The notes: generated by a model not told the origin, from the letters alone. A stretch of 64,000 bases of DNA from Bdellovibrionales bacterium (GCA_031426555.1 JANPLN010000023.1:214-64213), one strand, 5' to 3'; numbered from the stretch's first letter, positions 28,301-37,038 are shown. Translations and numbers: made by a program.

Positions 28301-28519
28301 TAGAACACTTTCTACTGGAAGTGTGACAAGTGTCTCCACCTCTTCTGGGGCAAGCCCATGGGCTTCAGTGAGCACGGTCACGGTTGGTCTATTTAGATTA
28401 GGAAACACGTCTACAGGTAGATTGGGCACCAACCAAGCCCCATACAAACAAATAGCTATTGAAAATATAACCATTGTCAGACGGTGTTTTAAAGAAAACC
28501 TTATTATTAAGTTCAGCAT
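25385..28519 (-). CDS. cusA: Heavy-metal efflux RND transporter, CusA/CzcA family
   Basis: 1044 aa, 12-TM RND topology with two large periplasmic loops, N-terminal MLNLIIRFSLKHRL... typical of HME-RND. Confidence 0.85.
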   Translation of the reverse strand: MLNLIIRFSLKHRLTMVIFSIAICLYGAWLVPNLPVDVFPNLNRPTVTVLTEAHGLAPEEVETLVTLPVESVLNGTPGVLRTRSSSGIGVSIVYVEFDWGTEIFKNRQLVAERLQLVQNRLPPGMQPVMGPVTSIMGEIQFVGVTSPNGQTSSMDLRTLADWTLRPRLMTIPGVSQVIVMGGEVKQYQILISSQKLQAKNISLEDLKHAITEISENTTGGFIDINDKEFLIRPIGRVASLEDIENSFVGMHFGKPVLVKDVAQVRIGAKTKRGEGSINAKHSVIMTVQKQPSASTIDLTKAIDKELIEAQKTLPQGVHLETDLFKQSHFIESAIGNVEEALRDGIIMVAIILFLFLMNFRTTGITLVAIPLSLLVTAIVFQIMGLGINTMTLGGIAIAIGELVDDAIVDVENVFRRLKENRALGSPKGNLRVIYEASSEVRNSIVLSTIIVVLVFIPLFALGGIEGRLFAPLGIAYIISIIASLFVSLTVTPILCSFLLPSSKAVGHDKDGPLVRFLKAKALVILHYTLPRPKIVLLGAGLLLLFSLALLPFMGRNFLPDFNEGTATIGVAAAPGISLSASDKLGAEIEKAILSVPEVKSTVRRTGRAEMDEHAEGVHWSEIDVDFKAEGRPMHVVLPEIRERIEKTGDVYVNLGQPISHRLDHLLSGVRAQIAVKIFGPDLGELRRYGGEIFDAMKSVNGVVDLQTEPLVLIPQLKITIDRESGNQFGIRAGTLAEDLEIALNGEVASQFLENQRIHDVFMRLDDESRATTEKINQTLIKYMPTGKPVLLQDVANVYEGTGPNMINREDMQRRIVVSANTQGRDLGTIVSEIQKVIADKVKLPEGYFIKIGGQFESQQNASKRIFWLGLLSLLGIFLVLYIHFRSAILSLQVMMNVPLAVIGSIIAIYLTERTLSIATLVAFITLCGIASRNGILLISHYLHLMKEEGEEFNAQMVIRGSLERLVPVLMTASTAALALVPLLLSKGEPGKEILYPVAVVIVGGLISSTLLDLVVTPTIFLKFGKKAFINYMKQQNQTNEGEWK

Positions 28520-28642
28520 ATTGATCTCCGCTTAAGCGAGCCAGCTTAAAAATTCTTTTAAAAAAGAAATTACCAAAGGATTAAGATAGATATAAAATCT
28601 AGCTAAAAAATAGCATTAATTTTTAATATCAATTCTTCGTTT

Positions 28643-29029
28643 TTAGCTGATTGGAGGGCGAAATATAGACCCTAAAATAGGACTTTTAGGGGGTAAATCA
28701 TCATAAATAGAAAATGAAACTGACTCAATCTTAGAAACTGTTTTAAAACTAGTGAGCTGTGAAGCAGTCACAAAGTAGCTACTCGACATTGAAATTGAAA
28801 CTTTGTGAGAGTGTGGTGCAGACGAATCGTGATCTTTGTCTTCATCATTTTGATGATCGTCGTGATGGTAATCTTCTTCGTCTAAATCATGGTGATGATG
28901 TTCTGACACTAACTCATGTGTATGTTCTATTTCAACAGTTACAGCAGGTCCAACAGACCTTGATGGGTCAGAAAAACTTGTACCCAAGGCATAAGTGCTG
29001 ATTATGAGTAAGCAGATAATTAATCTCAT
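28643..29029 (-). CDS. Secreted His/Asp-rich protein (putative metal-binding)
   Basis: Signal peptide, then EHTHELVSEHHHHDLDEEDYHHDDHQNDEDKDHDSSAPHSHK. First gene of the RND operon. Confidence 0.55.
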   Translation of the reverse strand: MRLIICLLIISTYALGTSFSDPSRSVGPAVTVEIEHTHELVSEHHHHDLDEEDYHHDDHQNDEDKDHDSSAPHSHKVSISMSSSYFVTASQLTSFKTVSKIESVSFSIYDDLPPKSPILGSIFRPPIS

Positions 29030-29135
29030 CGACTTTATTATCTCTAACTTTACTTATTAAACGCAAGTAAAAATGTACGCTTGCCCGTATTATTTTTATC
29101 TCAGCTCTTTACTTTCGTTAAGAGCTGAGCTTGTT

Positions 29136-30254
29136 CTATTTACCTAGGATAACTTGTTCGACTTTTGGAGCAACCAAACAGTATGATTCGTCATTCGTCT
29201 GATCACATTCAAATGTGGCAGCTTTATGAAACCTCACAAGACATCCTGGATTTACCATTGCCAGCTCCCCTTCTGATGCGTCAAGTTCATAAGCACAGAA
29301 CTCAATATCATCATCGGTAAATGAGATGTCCAGATCTACGTCAGGAGCCATCCAATCGCCCTTAAAGTTATATGAATCTTGCCCAAATCTAACCCTCGGA
29401 TTGAATGTCACACCATTAAAAGGTTTAAACGGCGTTACTCTAATAGCTCTTAGGTTTATAGCACCACCTGGATCATTGCCATCAGAAGTAATATAGGGCT
29501 GATAGTCATACATTCTTTGGATTATGTCTTCGACAGCAAGAGGGTATATGTTTGTACTTCTCTGCGCCCATTGCTGAATGATTCCAGGATCGTTACCTGC
29601 ATGAGCAGGATCTATTTCAACGAAACCTAAAGTGAAAACAAACAAAAGGCTTAAAATCATGTCGTAGAACTTAAGTCTCCTAAAATTTAGACCGTCTATC
29701 TTTCCTTTTTTAGCGTTATCATGTGCAAACTGTTTTGATTTAAATTTTATAGCTTGGAACATGGCTTTTAACTCCATTGTTTGTTCTGGTGTAAAGAATG
29801 AATCAATTGAATAGTAAGCTCTTGTCTTCCAGTATTCTGGCTTACCTGTGTTTTCTTTCATAATCTCAAAGACCTTGGCGTCTTTCTTAGCCTCAAGATC
29901 TGAGTCGTACTTATAGTCCGAATAGTTAATATAGTTTTCGGGAAAGTTCGAATAATACTTTCCTTCACTAGTGATATGCACAAGACCGCAATCCACATAT
30001 CTAGTTAATACTGATAATGCTTTTTTAGGTGATGGCTCAGGAAATCTTCTTTTCACTTCCCCAAGTGAAAGACTCTGAACTCTTGTTGCATAGAACAACT
30101 TAAGCGAATATTCATCTGCATGAATTTCTTCGATTTGCTCGGGCTGAAGCCTGATGTTTGGCAAATCCTTTAATGTTGTATCTTGTACGTCCCCAATACG
30201 TTTCTCTGTATTTGGCTGCTCCTTTGGCAACCTACTCTCTTTTTCTATTTCCAT
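29136..30254 (-). CDS. Membrane-anchored protein: cytoplasmic winged-helix-like N-domain, one TM, Cys-containing extracytoplasmic C-domain (ToxR-like architecture)
   Basis: LGEVKRRFPEPSPKKALSVLTRYVDCGLVHITSEGKYY looks like a wHTH. TM helix ILSLLFVFTLGFV near residue 205. The C-terminal ~155 aa has 4 Cys. Confidence 0.5.
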   Translation of the reverse strand: MEIEKESRLPKEQPNTEKRIGDVQDTTLKDLPNIRLQPEQIEEIHADEYSLKLFYATRVQSLSLGEVKRRFPEPSPKKALSVLTRYVDCGLVHITSEGKYYSNFPENYINYSDYKYDSDLEAKKDAKVFEIMKENTGKPEYWKTRAYYSIDSFFTPEQTMELKAMFQAIKFKSKQFAHDNAKKGKIDGLNFRRLKFYDMILSLLFVFTLGFVEIDPAHAGNDPGIIQQWAQRSTNIYPLAVEDIIQRMYDYQPYITSDGNDPGGAINLRAIRVTPFKPFNGVTFNPRVRFGQDSYNFKGDWMAPDVDLDISFTDDDIEFCAYELDASEGELAMVNPGCLVRFHKAATFECDQTNDESYCLVAPKVEQVILGK

Positions 30255-30280
30255 TTCATCCCCCCGGAGAAATTAGTTGT

Positions 30281-30727
30281 TTACTTTCTTATCCTTACCC
30301 TATCTGCATGATTGCTTCGTGGCCTTTGATCTGATGATGACTGTCTTGAGAGGACGGCTACGAGTTCTTGCAAATATTCTTTTTTATCTTTTCCCACATC
30401 TTTCGATGTAAAATAAACTTGAGCTTCTAATGTTTTTATTAAACGCTGGTAGTCATCAAACGGAATCTCGCGCAATGCTTCGATCACTTTGATTTCTTCT
30501 GCGTAAACAAAAGCATCATCACTTGAAGAAAAAACATTTAGATTTACACCTAAACAATGAGCGATTCGAACTAGCTCATTAGCCGTTGCTTCTCTCTTGC
30601 CATTCTCAATTTTTGAGACGGAAGACTTTGGCAACTGGGCCATCTCATCAAGTTCGGCTTGAGTGATCTCTTTCGCCTTTCTTAATGATTTTATTTTATC
30701 TGCTAAATCGTGCTGTCTATTCTTCAT
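30281..30727 (-). CDS. XRE-family HTH transcriptional regulator
   Basis: ITQAELDEMAQLPKSSVSKIENGKREATANELVRIAHCLGV is a canonical Cro/C1 HTH. Confidence 0.85.
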   Translation of the reverse strand: MKNRQHDLADKIKSLRKAKEITQAELDEMAQLPKSSVSKIENGKREATANELVRIAHCLGVNLNVFSSSDDAFVYAEEIKVIEALREIPFDDYQRLIKTLEAQVYFTSKDVGKDKKEYLQELVAVLSRQSSSDQRPRSNHADRVRIRK

Positions 30728-30808
30728 GAATCGCTTTAAACCAAATCAGCGAATTAAAAGCAAGTAAAAAGTGTTGACTAAATAATCATATATTCTTTAA
30801 AACGCTTA

Positions 30809-30826
30809 TCTGTATGGGGATACAGA
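30809..30826. promoter_or_regulatory. Palindrome TCTGTAT-gggg-ATACAGA in the divergent XRE intergenic region (candidate operator)
   Basis: 7-bp arms, 20 nt upstream of the 30846 ATG. A TTGACT-N16-TTTAAA promoter-like pair lies just upstream. Confidence 0.35.
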
Positions 30827-30845
30827 GATTTATAAGGGGGAATAA

Positions 30846-31064
30846 ATGAAGGAAATTAAATTATCTAATTTAGCGAATAAAGAATTTCGAGAGCCGGACG
30901 TTTTAATCAAAAATCCGAAAACAATAGAGAGTCGATTAAAAGACGCCATAATGATCCTAGTAGAAGAACTTAAGATCAAAAATGGCAGCTTTAAGATATT
31001 CGTTCACAACGGCAGACCCGGTGAACGCGTTGAGATTCAAAATAAAGTACTGACAGACATCTAA
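30846..31064 (+). CDS. Small protein, YezD/DUF2292-like
   Basis: 72 aa. NGSFKIFVHNGRPGERVEIQNKV resembles the GS..I.V.dG.V..IE motif of DUF2292. Tentative. Confidence 0.4.
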   Translation: MKEIKLSNLANKEFREPDVLIKNPKTIESRLKDAIMILVEELKIKNGSFKIFVHNGRPGERVEIQNKVLTDI

Positions 31065-31169
31065 GATAACTAACCTACCCAGAAAGCCCTGGGCGGTTCT
31101 TTAATCAGAGCACAGGCCAACCACAGCAATGGAAGCCTTACTCTTAAAGACAGTAAATCACTGATCTTT

Positions 31170-31700
31170 TTGAAGGACTATCCAATGGGCAACCAAACAA
31201 AATCTAGTAAACCTTGGCTTAACAGCACAGGCTATCTTTTTAACGATGAAGAATTAAAATCCATATCCAAATCATGGACTCGAAAAACCTGGGAAGAGTA
31301 CCTCGACTATATAGAGACCCCTCGAACTGAATCCATACTTGATGAGGACCACTACACAGGCCTTGCAGAGAAACTTAAATACACCATCGAGCAAGATGAA
31401 GACTGCGACTTAGAAATCGAACTATCTTTAGCTCTGATAAATCTTACAGATAAGCAACGAGAAATTCTTGAATTTATTTTCTGGGATGGCCTCACCACTA
31501 GAGATATTGGTTTTAAGCTTAATATCTCTTCAGCCGCAGTTCAAAAAATTAAAGACCGTGCGCTTATTTCCCTTAAGAAAAGCATAGAGGGGGTTAACAC
31601 CCTACGTATTATAGAGGGTGACATGTCTTCACCTTTCTTGAAACGAGGAGAACAACATGAATCAAAATTTTTCAAACTACAAATCGTCAAAGCTTCATGA
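31170..31700 (+). CDS. Sigma-70 region-4-only (LuxR/ECF r4-type HTH) DNA-binding protein
   Basis: LTDKQREILEFIFWDGLTTRDIGFKLNISSAAVQKIKDRALISLKK. No region 2. Confidence 0.6.
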   Translation: MKDYPMGNQTKSSKPWLNSTGYLFNDEELKSISKSWTRKTWEEYLDYIETPRTESILDEDHYTGLAEKLKYTIEQDEDCDLEIELSLALINLTDKQREILEFIFWDGLTTRDIGFKLNISSAAVQKIKDRALISLKKSIEGVNTLRIIEGDMSSPFLKRGEQHESKFFKLQIVKAS

Positions 31701-31899
31701 ATTAAAATATGTGCTTCCCCTACTTACCGAAGATCAACGCTTAGCGATCTATCTTCGGTTTTGGGAGAACTACAGCATTTTAGAAGTGTCAGACTTTTTA
31801 AAAACAAGCTGGGAAAGCGCAGATGAACTTATCGAAAATGCACTTTCATTTTTAAAAACACAACTATACCAAGAACAAGAACTTCAAATCGCAGCCTAA
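31657..31899 (+). CDS. Second small sigma-70 region-4-only protein
   Basis: LTEDQRLAIYLRFWENYSILEVSDFLKTSWESADELIENALSFLK. AGGAG RBS. Overlaps the previous ORF by 44 nt. Confidence 0.55.
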   Translation: MNQNFSNYKSSKLHELKYVLPLLTEDQRLAIYLRFWENYSILEVSDFLKTSWESADELIENALSFLKTQLYQEQELQIAA

Positions 31900-31912
31900 A
31901 GGAGAATTTAAA

Positions 31913-32305
31913 ATGGAACAAAAAGAACAATCTACCTTCTATAAATTTCAAGTCTATACGGGAACACTCGACGATAATGGAGCCGTCAAAAAAGAAAAGT
32001 CTGTTGGTTTTGCTACCCTTAAAGAAGGGCAAGACATGTACAGCGTTAAGCTTTGGACGTTTCCGCAAGAAAAATATTACTTGATACCTACAAAAGATGA
32101 TCCAACGAAAATCTTAATTATGACCAGAGAAGAGAAAAAAGCGCCTTCGCAAAATAATCGAAAATACAACTGGAGCATTGTTGGCAATGGAACCGTCATC
32201 AGTCAAAAGGGTGTCGCCTTTCTTGATTTTGATTTACTACCGCTTTCAATCTTTATGAGCATTTATCCAGACAAACCAAACTCAAACAATTTACATGCTG
32301 CTTAA
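31913..32305 (+). CDS. Hypothetical protein preceding the T4SS genes
   Basis: 130-aa ORF with RBS AAAGGAG, no recognisable motif. Confidence 0.5.
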   Translation: MEQKEQSTFYKFQVYTGTLDDNGAVKKEKSVGFATLKEGQDMYSVKLWTFPQEKYYLIPTKDDPTKILIMTREEKKAPSQNNRKYNWSIVGNGTVISQKGVAFLDFDLLPLSIFMSIYPDKPNSNNLHAA

Positions 32306-32324
32306 AACAGTTAAGGGGAACTTT

Positions 32325-32612
32325 ATGAATAATAAAAATAAAATCTATTTTACTATTGGGCTTATGATCACAATGTTGATTTTACCTGAGCTTGCTTTCG
32401 CAGGTCTTGAATCAAGTCTTATTGGACTTAAGAGTAAACTCACAGGCGTCATACTGCCCGTTCTATCTGTGATAGGGATTGCAATTGGAGCTATCTCATT
32501 TTTTACAGGAAATCCGAATGCTAAACAGCACATCGCATATGCTGTCATGGGCTGCATCTTTGGATTTGGCAGCCAAGCCATCGTTGATTTCATCGCACAG
32601 ACAGTTCACTAA
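32325..32612 (+). CDS. virB2: VirB2/TrbC-like T4SS pilin
   Basis: ATG 32325 after AAGGGG. Long signal peptide ending AFA, then two hydrophobic helices separated by a short polar loop, 95 aa. Confidence 0.65.
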   Translation: MNNKNKIYFTIGLMITMLILPELAFAGLESSLIGLKSKLTGVILPVLSVIGIAIGAISFFTGNPNAKQHIAYAVMGCIFGFGSQAIVDFIAQTVH

Positions 32613-32624
32613 GGGGATTTAAAA

Positions 32625-32957
32625 ATGAGCGATCAAGGACTACTCACCTCATCAGTACCAAGAAGCTTAGACACTAAGAACAAGCTTTTTGGATTTGAGA
32701 TTCCAGACTTACTTTTTATTTTTATGAACTTGGCCCTGACCAATTTGATCTTTGGGTCCTCCAGATTCAGATACCCTCTGGTCTGGGGATCTACGATCCT
32801 TATTGCTTTAGCCATCTATTTTTTAAAAAAGGGAAAGCCTGACAACTACATTCAGCATCTTGGTGAGTATATTGCCCAAAGCTCTGTGAAACTCGCAGGA
32901 AAAGCAGATCTCAAACACAAACCGTTTTCTATAGGAGACACAAATGGGAGCATTTAA
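32625..32957 (+). CDS. virB3: VirB3/TrbD/TraL-like T4SS inner-membrane protein
   Basis: 110 aa, two TM helices, positioned between the pilin and VirB4 and overlapping virB4. Confidence 0.55.
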   Translation: MSDQGLLTSSVPRSLDTKNKLFGFEIPDLLFIFMNLALTNLIFGSSRFRYPLVWGSTILIALAIYFLKKGKPDNYIQHLGEYIAQSSVKLAGKADLKHKPFSIGDTNGSI

Positions 32958-35451
32958 AGAAAAAGAATCCTCACTCTGCGAAGAACTCCCCTTTTGGGAT
33001 TTCTTCTCTCATCCAATTTCGCACATAGTTTTAAATGACTCTTCCATAGTCACTGGGTTTCAAACAGAAGTGATTGATATTGAGTGTTTGGACGACAATG
33101 AAGTGAATAATTTGACGGTATCTTTAAGAAACTGCTTAAACTCAGTATCTGAAGGCACACATATTCAGTTCTTCTTAGATGTGGATTCTGACTACAGTGA
33201 GCTGACACAGAAACATGTGGATTTAAGATCAAAGACTCTTCACCCACTGATTCAAGAGATTGCAAACTCTAGAGATTCAGTTTTAAAAAACGATATTATT
33301 ACCCGTGCCCTTTTTAAACCTAAGCTTAATGTCTTTTTAAGACGAGAAATTGAAGCCAAAAGCACAATGTCTATCTTTAAGAAACAAGAAGAATTTGAGA
33401 AGATGGGTGTCGATCTTTATTCGGATCTTATGGATTCTATTTCTCAAGATATAGAATCTCTTAAGTCCTCATTTAATAGCCTTGGATTGGATACGATTGA
33501 TTTAACAAAGACAGATTTTATTTCTGATCTTTATAAGTTCTTTAATCCAAAACGAAGCGAAGAGCTTCCTGCACCAAGATTGATCACGACAACTGAAAAA
33601 GAAGTCGAAGCTTCAATTAAGCTAGAAGAAGAGTGGTTATCTAACAGCTCACCCAGAGAGCAATTGGTTTTTGGGGATCTGGTTTTGAGTCTTAAGCAGT
33701 TCACCTTAGATCAACACTACCATCGAATCATAAGTCTTAAAACTCTGCCCGAGAACACCTTCGCAGGACAACTCAGTAATTTTTTAAGAATGCCATTTCA
33801 TTATTCTTTACTACTTTCGATCTATGTTCCCTTCCAAGCTTCGGAAATGGAAAAGCTCCAGCAAAAGAGAAAAATGGCTCACTCCCTTGCCGCAACAAGT
33901 GGTGGGAAAGCTACTGACTTAGAGAGCGAATCGAAACTTTCGGCCACTGAAGAGTTAATCCGTGAGTTATTAAATACAGGTCAAAGAATTTATTCAGTTC
34001 AGATGAATTTAATTTTAAAAGAAGAGGCTTCAGCAGAAGGTGAAAAACTTCTTAACAAACAAGTGCGTGAAGTTTTATCACGATTTCGATCCCTACAAGG
34101 GGCGGAAGCCCTAGAAGAGACTGTTGGGTCTTGGAAAGTCATTAAGGGCAATTTCCCAATGGCCCCTGTAAAGCTTGAACGTGCCAAAAAAATGAAAACT
34201 AACAACTTGGCCGACTTCCTTCCGATCTATGGCCCAAGGAAAGGTGATTCAAATCCCGTAGTGCTTTTTAGAAATAGATTAAATGGTCTTGTAAGCTTTG
34301 ATCCTTTTGATTCGAAACTTAATAACTACAACTGTCTTGTGACTGGATCTTCTGGATCAGGAAAGAGTTTTTTAAATAACTGTATTTTACTTCAAGAGAT
34401 GGCGCGAGGCCTTAAGGTATTTGTCATTGATATTGGCGGGTCTTATAAAAAACTGACTGAAGCCTTAGATGGTCAGTACATTGAAATGGATTTATCTGAG
34501 AAATACAAAATTAATCCTTTTCATATCCAAGAGATAGAACAGGGTCCAAGCAATCAAAAGATTAAATCTTTGATCTCGATGGTTGAGTGCATGGTCACAG
34601 AAGAAGGACTTGATAAATTAGATAAGCTTTCTAAAGTTCAACTCGAAAAAGAAATCATTGATCTATATGAAGAGAAAAAGAAGAAGAATGAAGTTCCAAT
34701 CTTAAGTGACCTCGAAAAAAGATTGTCGCTTTCAAAAGACGATAACCTTAAGAGACTGGCAAAGATGCTCTACATTTGGACAGGAGATCGCCCTTACGGA
34801 AAACTTCTTGATGGATACGGAGCCTTAAGAACCAATGCTGATATTTGCTCTTTTGATTTAAAAGGCTTGTCTCAATATCCAGATTTACAAAGTGTGATGA
34901 TTCTAACGCTTACTGATTTTATTTTATCTCAAGTGGAAGGAGATCGTTCCGTCAAAAAGCGAATAATTCTGGATGAAGCATGGGAACTTTTAAAATCACA
35001 AGCGGCCGCAAGCTTTATGGAATACGCAGCACGAACTTTAAGAAAGACTGGTTCTGGAATCACCTTTATCACCCAAGGGGTCGAAGAGATTGCGAACTCC
35101 CCTATTGGGTCAGCCATCTTGAACAACACTTCGACAAAAATTCTTATGTTACAAAGAGGCGACATTGAAATTCTAAAAAAGTCTTTGAAGATCAATGACC
35201 AAGAGCTTGAGCTGATTCAGTCCCTGAAACAAAAGAAAGGGTTCTATTCTGAGGGGTTTTTGATTGAAGGCTTAGAAAGCCAAGTCATACAGATTCATCC
35301 CTCCCCTATGGAGTATTGGCTTGCAACCAGTGATGCCTCTGACAACAACTACCTAAATAGTCTTACAACAGGTGGTTTGTGCCTTAAGGACGCAATCCTC
35401 GAAGCAGCCAAGACGTACCCTCAGGGTATTTCGCAACCCAAAGGAGGCTAG
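32944..35451 (+). CDS. virB4: VirB4/TrbE/TraC T4SS ATPase
   Basis: 835 aa. Walker A VTGSSGSGKSF, Walker B RIILDEAWELL. Confidence 0.9.
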   Translation: MGAFKEKESSLCEELPFWDFFSHPISHIVLNDSSIVTGFQTEVIDIECLDDNEVNNLTVSLRNCLNSVSEGTHIQFFLDVDSDYSELTQKHVDLRSKTLHPLIQEIANSRDSVLKNDIITRALFKPKLNVFLRREIEAKSTMSIFKKQEEFEKMGVDLYSDLMDSISQDIESLKSSFNSLGLDTIDLTKTDFISDLYKFFNPKRSEELPAPRLITTTEKEVEASIKLEEEWLSNSSPREQLVFGDLVLSLKQFTLDQHYHRIISLKTLPENTFAGQLSNFLRMPFHYSLLLSIYVPFQASEMEKLQQKRKMAHSLAATSGGKATDLESESKLSATEELIRELLNTGQRIYSVQMNLILKEEASAEGEKLLNKQVREVLSRFRSLQGAEALEETVGSWKVIKGNFPMAPVKLERAKKMKTNNLADFLPIYGPRKGDSNPVVLFRNRLNGLVSFDPFDSKLNNYNCLVTGSSGSGKSFLNNCILLQEMARGLKVFVIDIGGSYKKLTEALDGQYIEMDLSEKYKINPFHIQEIEQGPSNQKIKSLISMVECMVTEEGLDKLDKLSKVQLEKEIIDLYEEKKKKNEVPILSDLEKRLSLSKDDNLKRLAKMLYIWTGDRPYGKLLDGYGALRTNADICSFDLKGLSQYPDLQSVMILTLTDFILSQVEGDRSVKKRIILDEAWELLKSQAAASFMEYAARTLRKTGSGITFITQGVEEIANSPIGSAILNNTSTKILMLQRGDIEILKKSLKINDQELELIQSLKQKKGFYSEGFLIEGLESQVIQIHPSPMEYWLATSDASDNNYLNSLTTGGLCLKDAILEAAKTYPQGISQPKGG

Positions 35452-35452
35452 T

Positions 35453-36157
35453 TTGAAGCGATTAAAACATTTTTTAATTATAAGTGTTCTTGTAGTGGCG
35501 ATTGGTACTCCTAAGCCAGCAAAAGCAGATCTCTTTGGTGGAGACGTTGTGGTGCTGGTCAAAATTTTAGCAAATGCAATCCAGCAATTAATTCAGCTCA
35601 AACAGATTTTATCTACGAGCAGCGATACCCTGGGGATTTTAAAGGATATCAATGCTGGGATTAAACATGGGCTCTCAATCATTCATATGATTAATCCTAA
35701 ATTTAATCCAGGAATCTACGGAAGCCTAGCGGATGCTGATCAGGTGCTCGCTGTGATCGAAGATTTGTATGGGGTTGTACCAGAAACAGCTGAGGCAAGG
35801 CTTCAGCAAGCGCACGATCAGTCTGTAGCGGAAAGTATTTCCATGAATGGAGCCTTATTTAATTTTGCAGATCAAGCCGATGAAGAAAGTCGAAGAATTA
35901 TGGCCCACTCCCAAGTGGTCAACCAGAATGGGGCTGCCAAACTGACTGCACAGTCTGTTGCGGTTTTGATAAGTGTCAGCACCCAAGTTTTGAGAACTAA
36001 TTCGATGATGCTAAAAATGCTCGGCGAAGATATTGCCATGAAGAATCGGCATGGAAAACTAGAGTCTGCTCAGTTTAAGACTCAGTATGAAAGTTTATCC
36101 ACAGCCTTTGGTGATCTTCCTCAGGAGCCTAAACTTCAACCCTTAGTAGGAAAATAA
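35453..36157 (+). CDS. Secreted coiled-coil protein, TrbJ/VirB5-like by position
   Basis: TTG start 35453 after AAAGGAGG (the track ORF start 35372 lies inside virB4). Signal peptide ...AKA|DLFGG, ~230 aa, helical. Confidence 0.45.
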   Translation: MKRLKHFLIISVLVVAIGTPKPAKADLFGGDVVVLVKILANAIQQLIQLKQILSTSSDTLGILKDINAGIKHGLSIIHMINPKFNPGIYGSLADADQVLAVIEDLYGVVPETAEARLQQAHDQSVAESISMNGALFNFADQADEESRRIMAHSQVVNQNGAAKLTAQSVAVLISVSTQVLRTNSMMLKMLGEDIAMKNRHGKLESAQFKTQYESLSTAFGDLPQEPKLQPLVGK

Positions 36158-36160
36158 CAG

Positions 36161-37027
36161 ATGCCACAATTTGAAATTTTAGGATCGCTGATGAAAGACC
36201 TTCATCAGGAGTTTGTACGAATGTACTATTTGCTCTTACCCGTGTGCTTCGCACTTGCCATCACTTTGCAATGGTTCAAGTCAGGGCGTGGGTATGTTGA
36301 GTTTTTGGATATTTTAAAGCGAGCAGTGGTTTCAACATTGCTGCTCGTGGCCCTACCCGACATTAGCAATGCTATATTATTTATTGCCGATGGAATTACG
36401 GCAAAAATTGATAGCGTTAACTCTCTCGATAATATCGTCAGAATGGCTCAAGAAAAATCCCAAGAGTATTCCATATCACCAACAAGTATTCTACTTCAGT
36501 TTAATACCTTGTTGATCGCGATACTTTCATTCTTAAGCTATTTACTTCTTTATGTATGTCGATACTTAACGATAGCGATGTATCACTTCTATTGGATATT
36601 TTTTATGGTATCTGCACCACTGCTTTTACTTTTTAATCTTTTTGCATCAACAAGTCAGATCACTGCAAACTTATTTAAGGGAATGATTGAAGTCGCAAGC
36701 TGGAAGGTTGTTTGGGCGATACTTGGAGCCATGTTGTCGGCGCTGTCTTTCGGTGATGTTTACAAAGTCGAAGGCAACTATATCACATTAATTGTGATGA
36801 ACTTTGTTATCGCCATTGCAATGCTACTCACTCCAATGCTTGTTAAATCTTTAGTAGGGCAAGGAGCACAGTCCGCTTCCAACTCTTTAGGATCAATGGC
36901 ATTCGCATTAATGGCAGGCTTACCAGCAAAAGCCGCAGCCGTAGGTACAACCAGCCGAAATACAATTCAATCCACTAAACAATTTATTAAGAAAAAATCT
37001 TTTCAACCAAAACGCAGTTCAACTTAA
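36161..37027 (+). CDS. virB6: VirB6/TrbL-like polytopic T4SS membrane protein
   Basis: 288 aa, 5-6 TM helices, Trb-order position. Confidence 0.6.
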   Translation: MPQFEILGSLMKDLHQEFVRMYYLLLPVCFALAITLQWFKSGRGYVEFLDILKRAVVSTLLLVALPDISNAILFIADGITAKIDSVNSLDNIVRMAQEKSQEYSISPTSILLQFNTLLIAILSFLSYLLLYVCRYLTIAMYHFYWIFFMVSAPLLLLFNLFASTSQITANLFKGMIEVASWKVVWAILGAMLSALSFGDVYKVEGNYITLIVMNFVIAIAMLLTPMLVKSLVGQGAQSASNSLGSMAFALMAGLPAKAAAVGTTSRNTIQSTKQFIKKKSFQPKRSST

Positions 37028-37038
37028 AAGGAGTACTT

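Noticed and set aside
35372-35452. The upstream extension of the TrbJ-like ORF given in the track (start 35372).
   Set aside because: The extension lies inside virB4 in another frame. A TTG preceded by AAAGGAGG at 35453 gives a protein that starts with a proper signal peptide.
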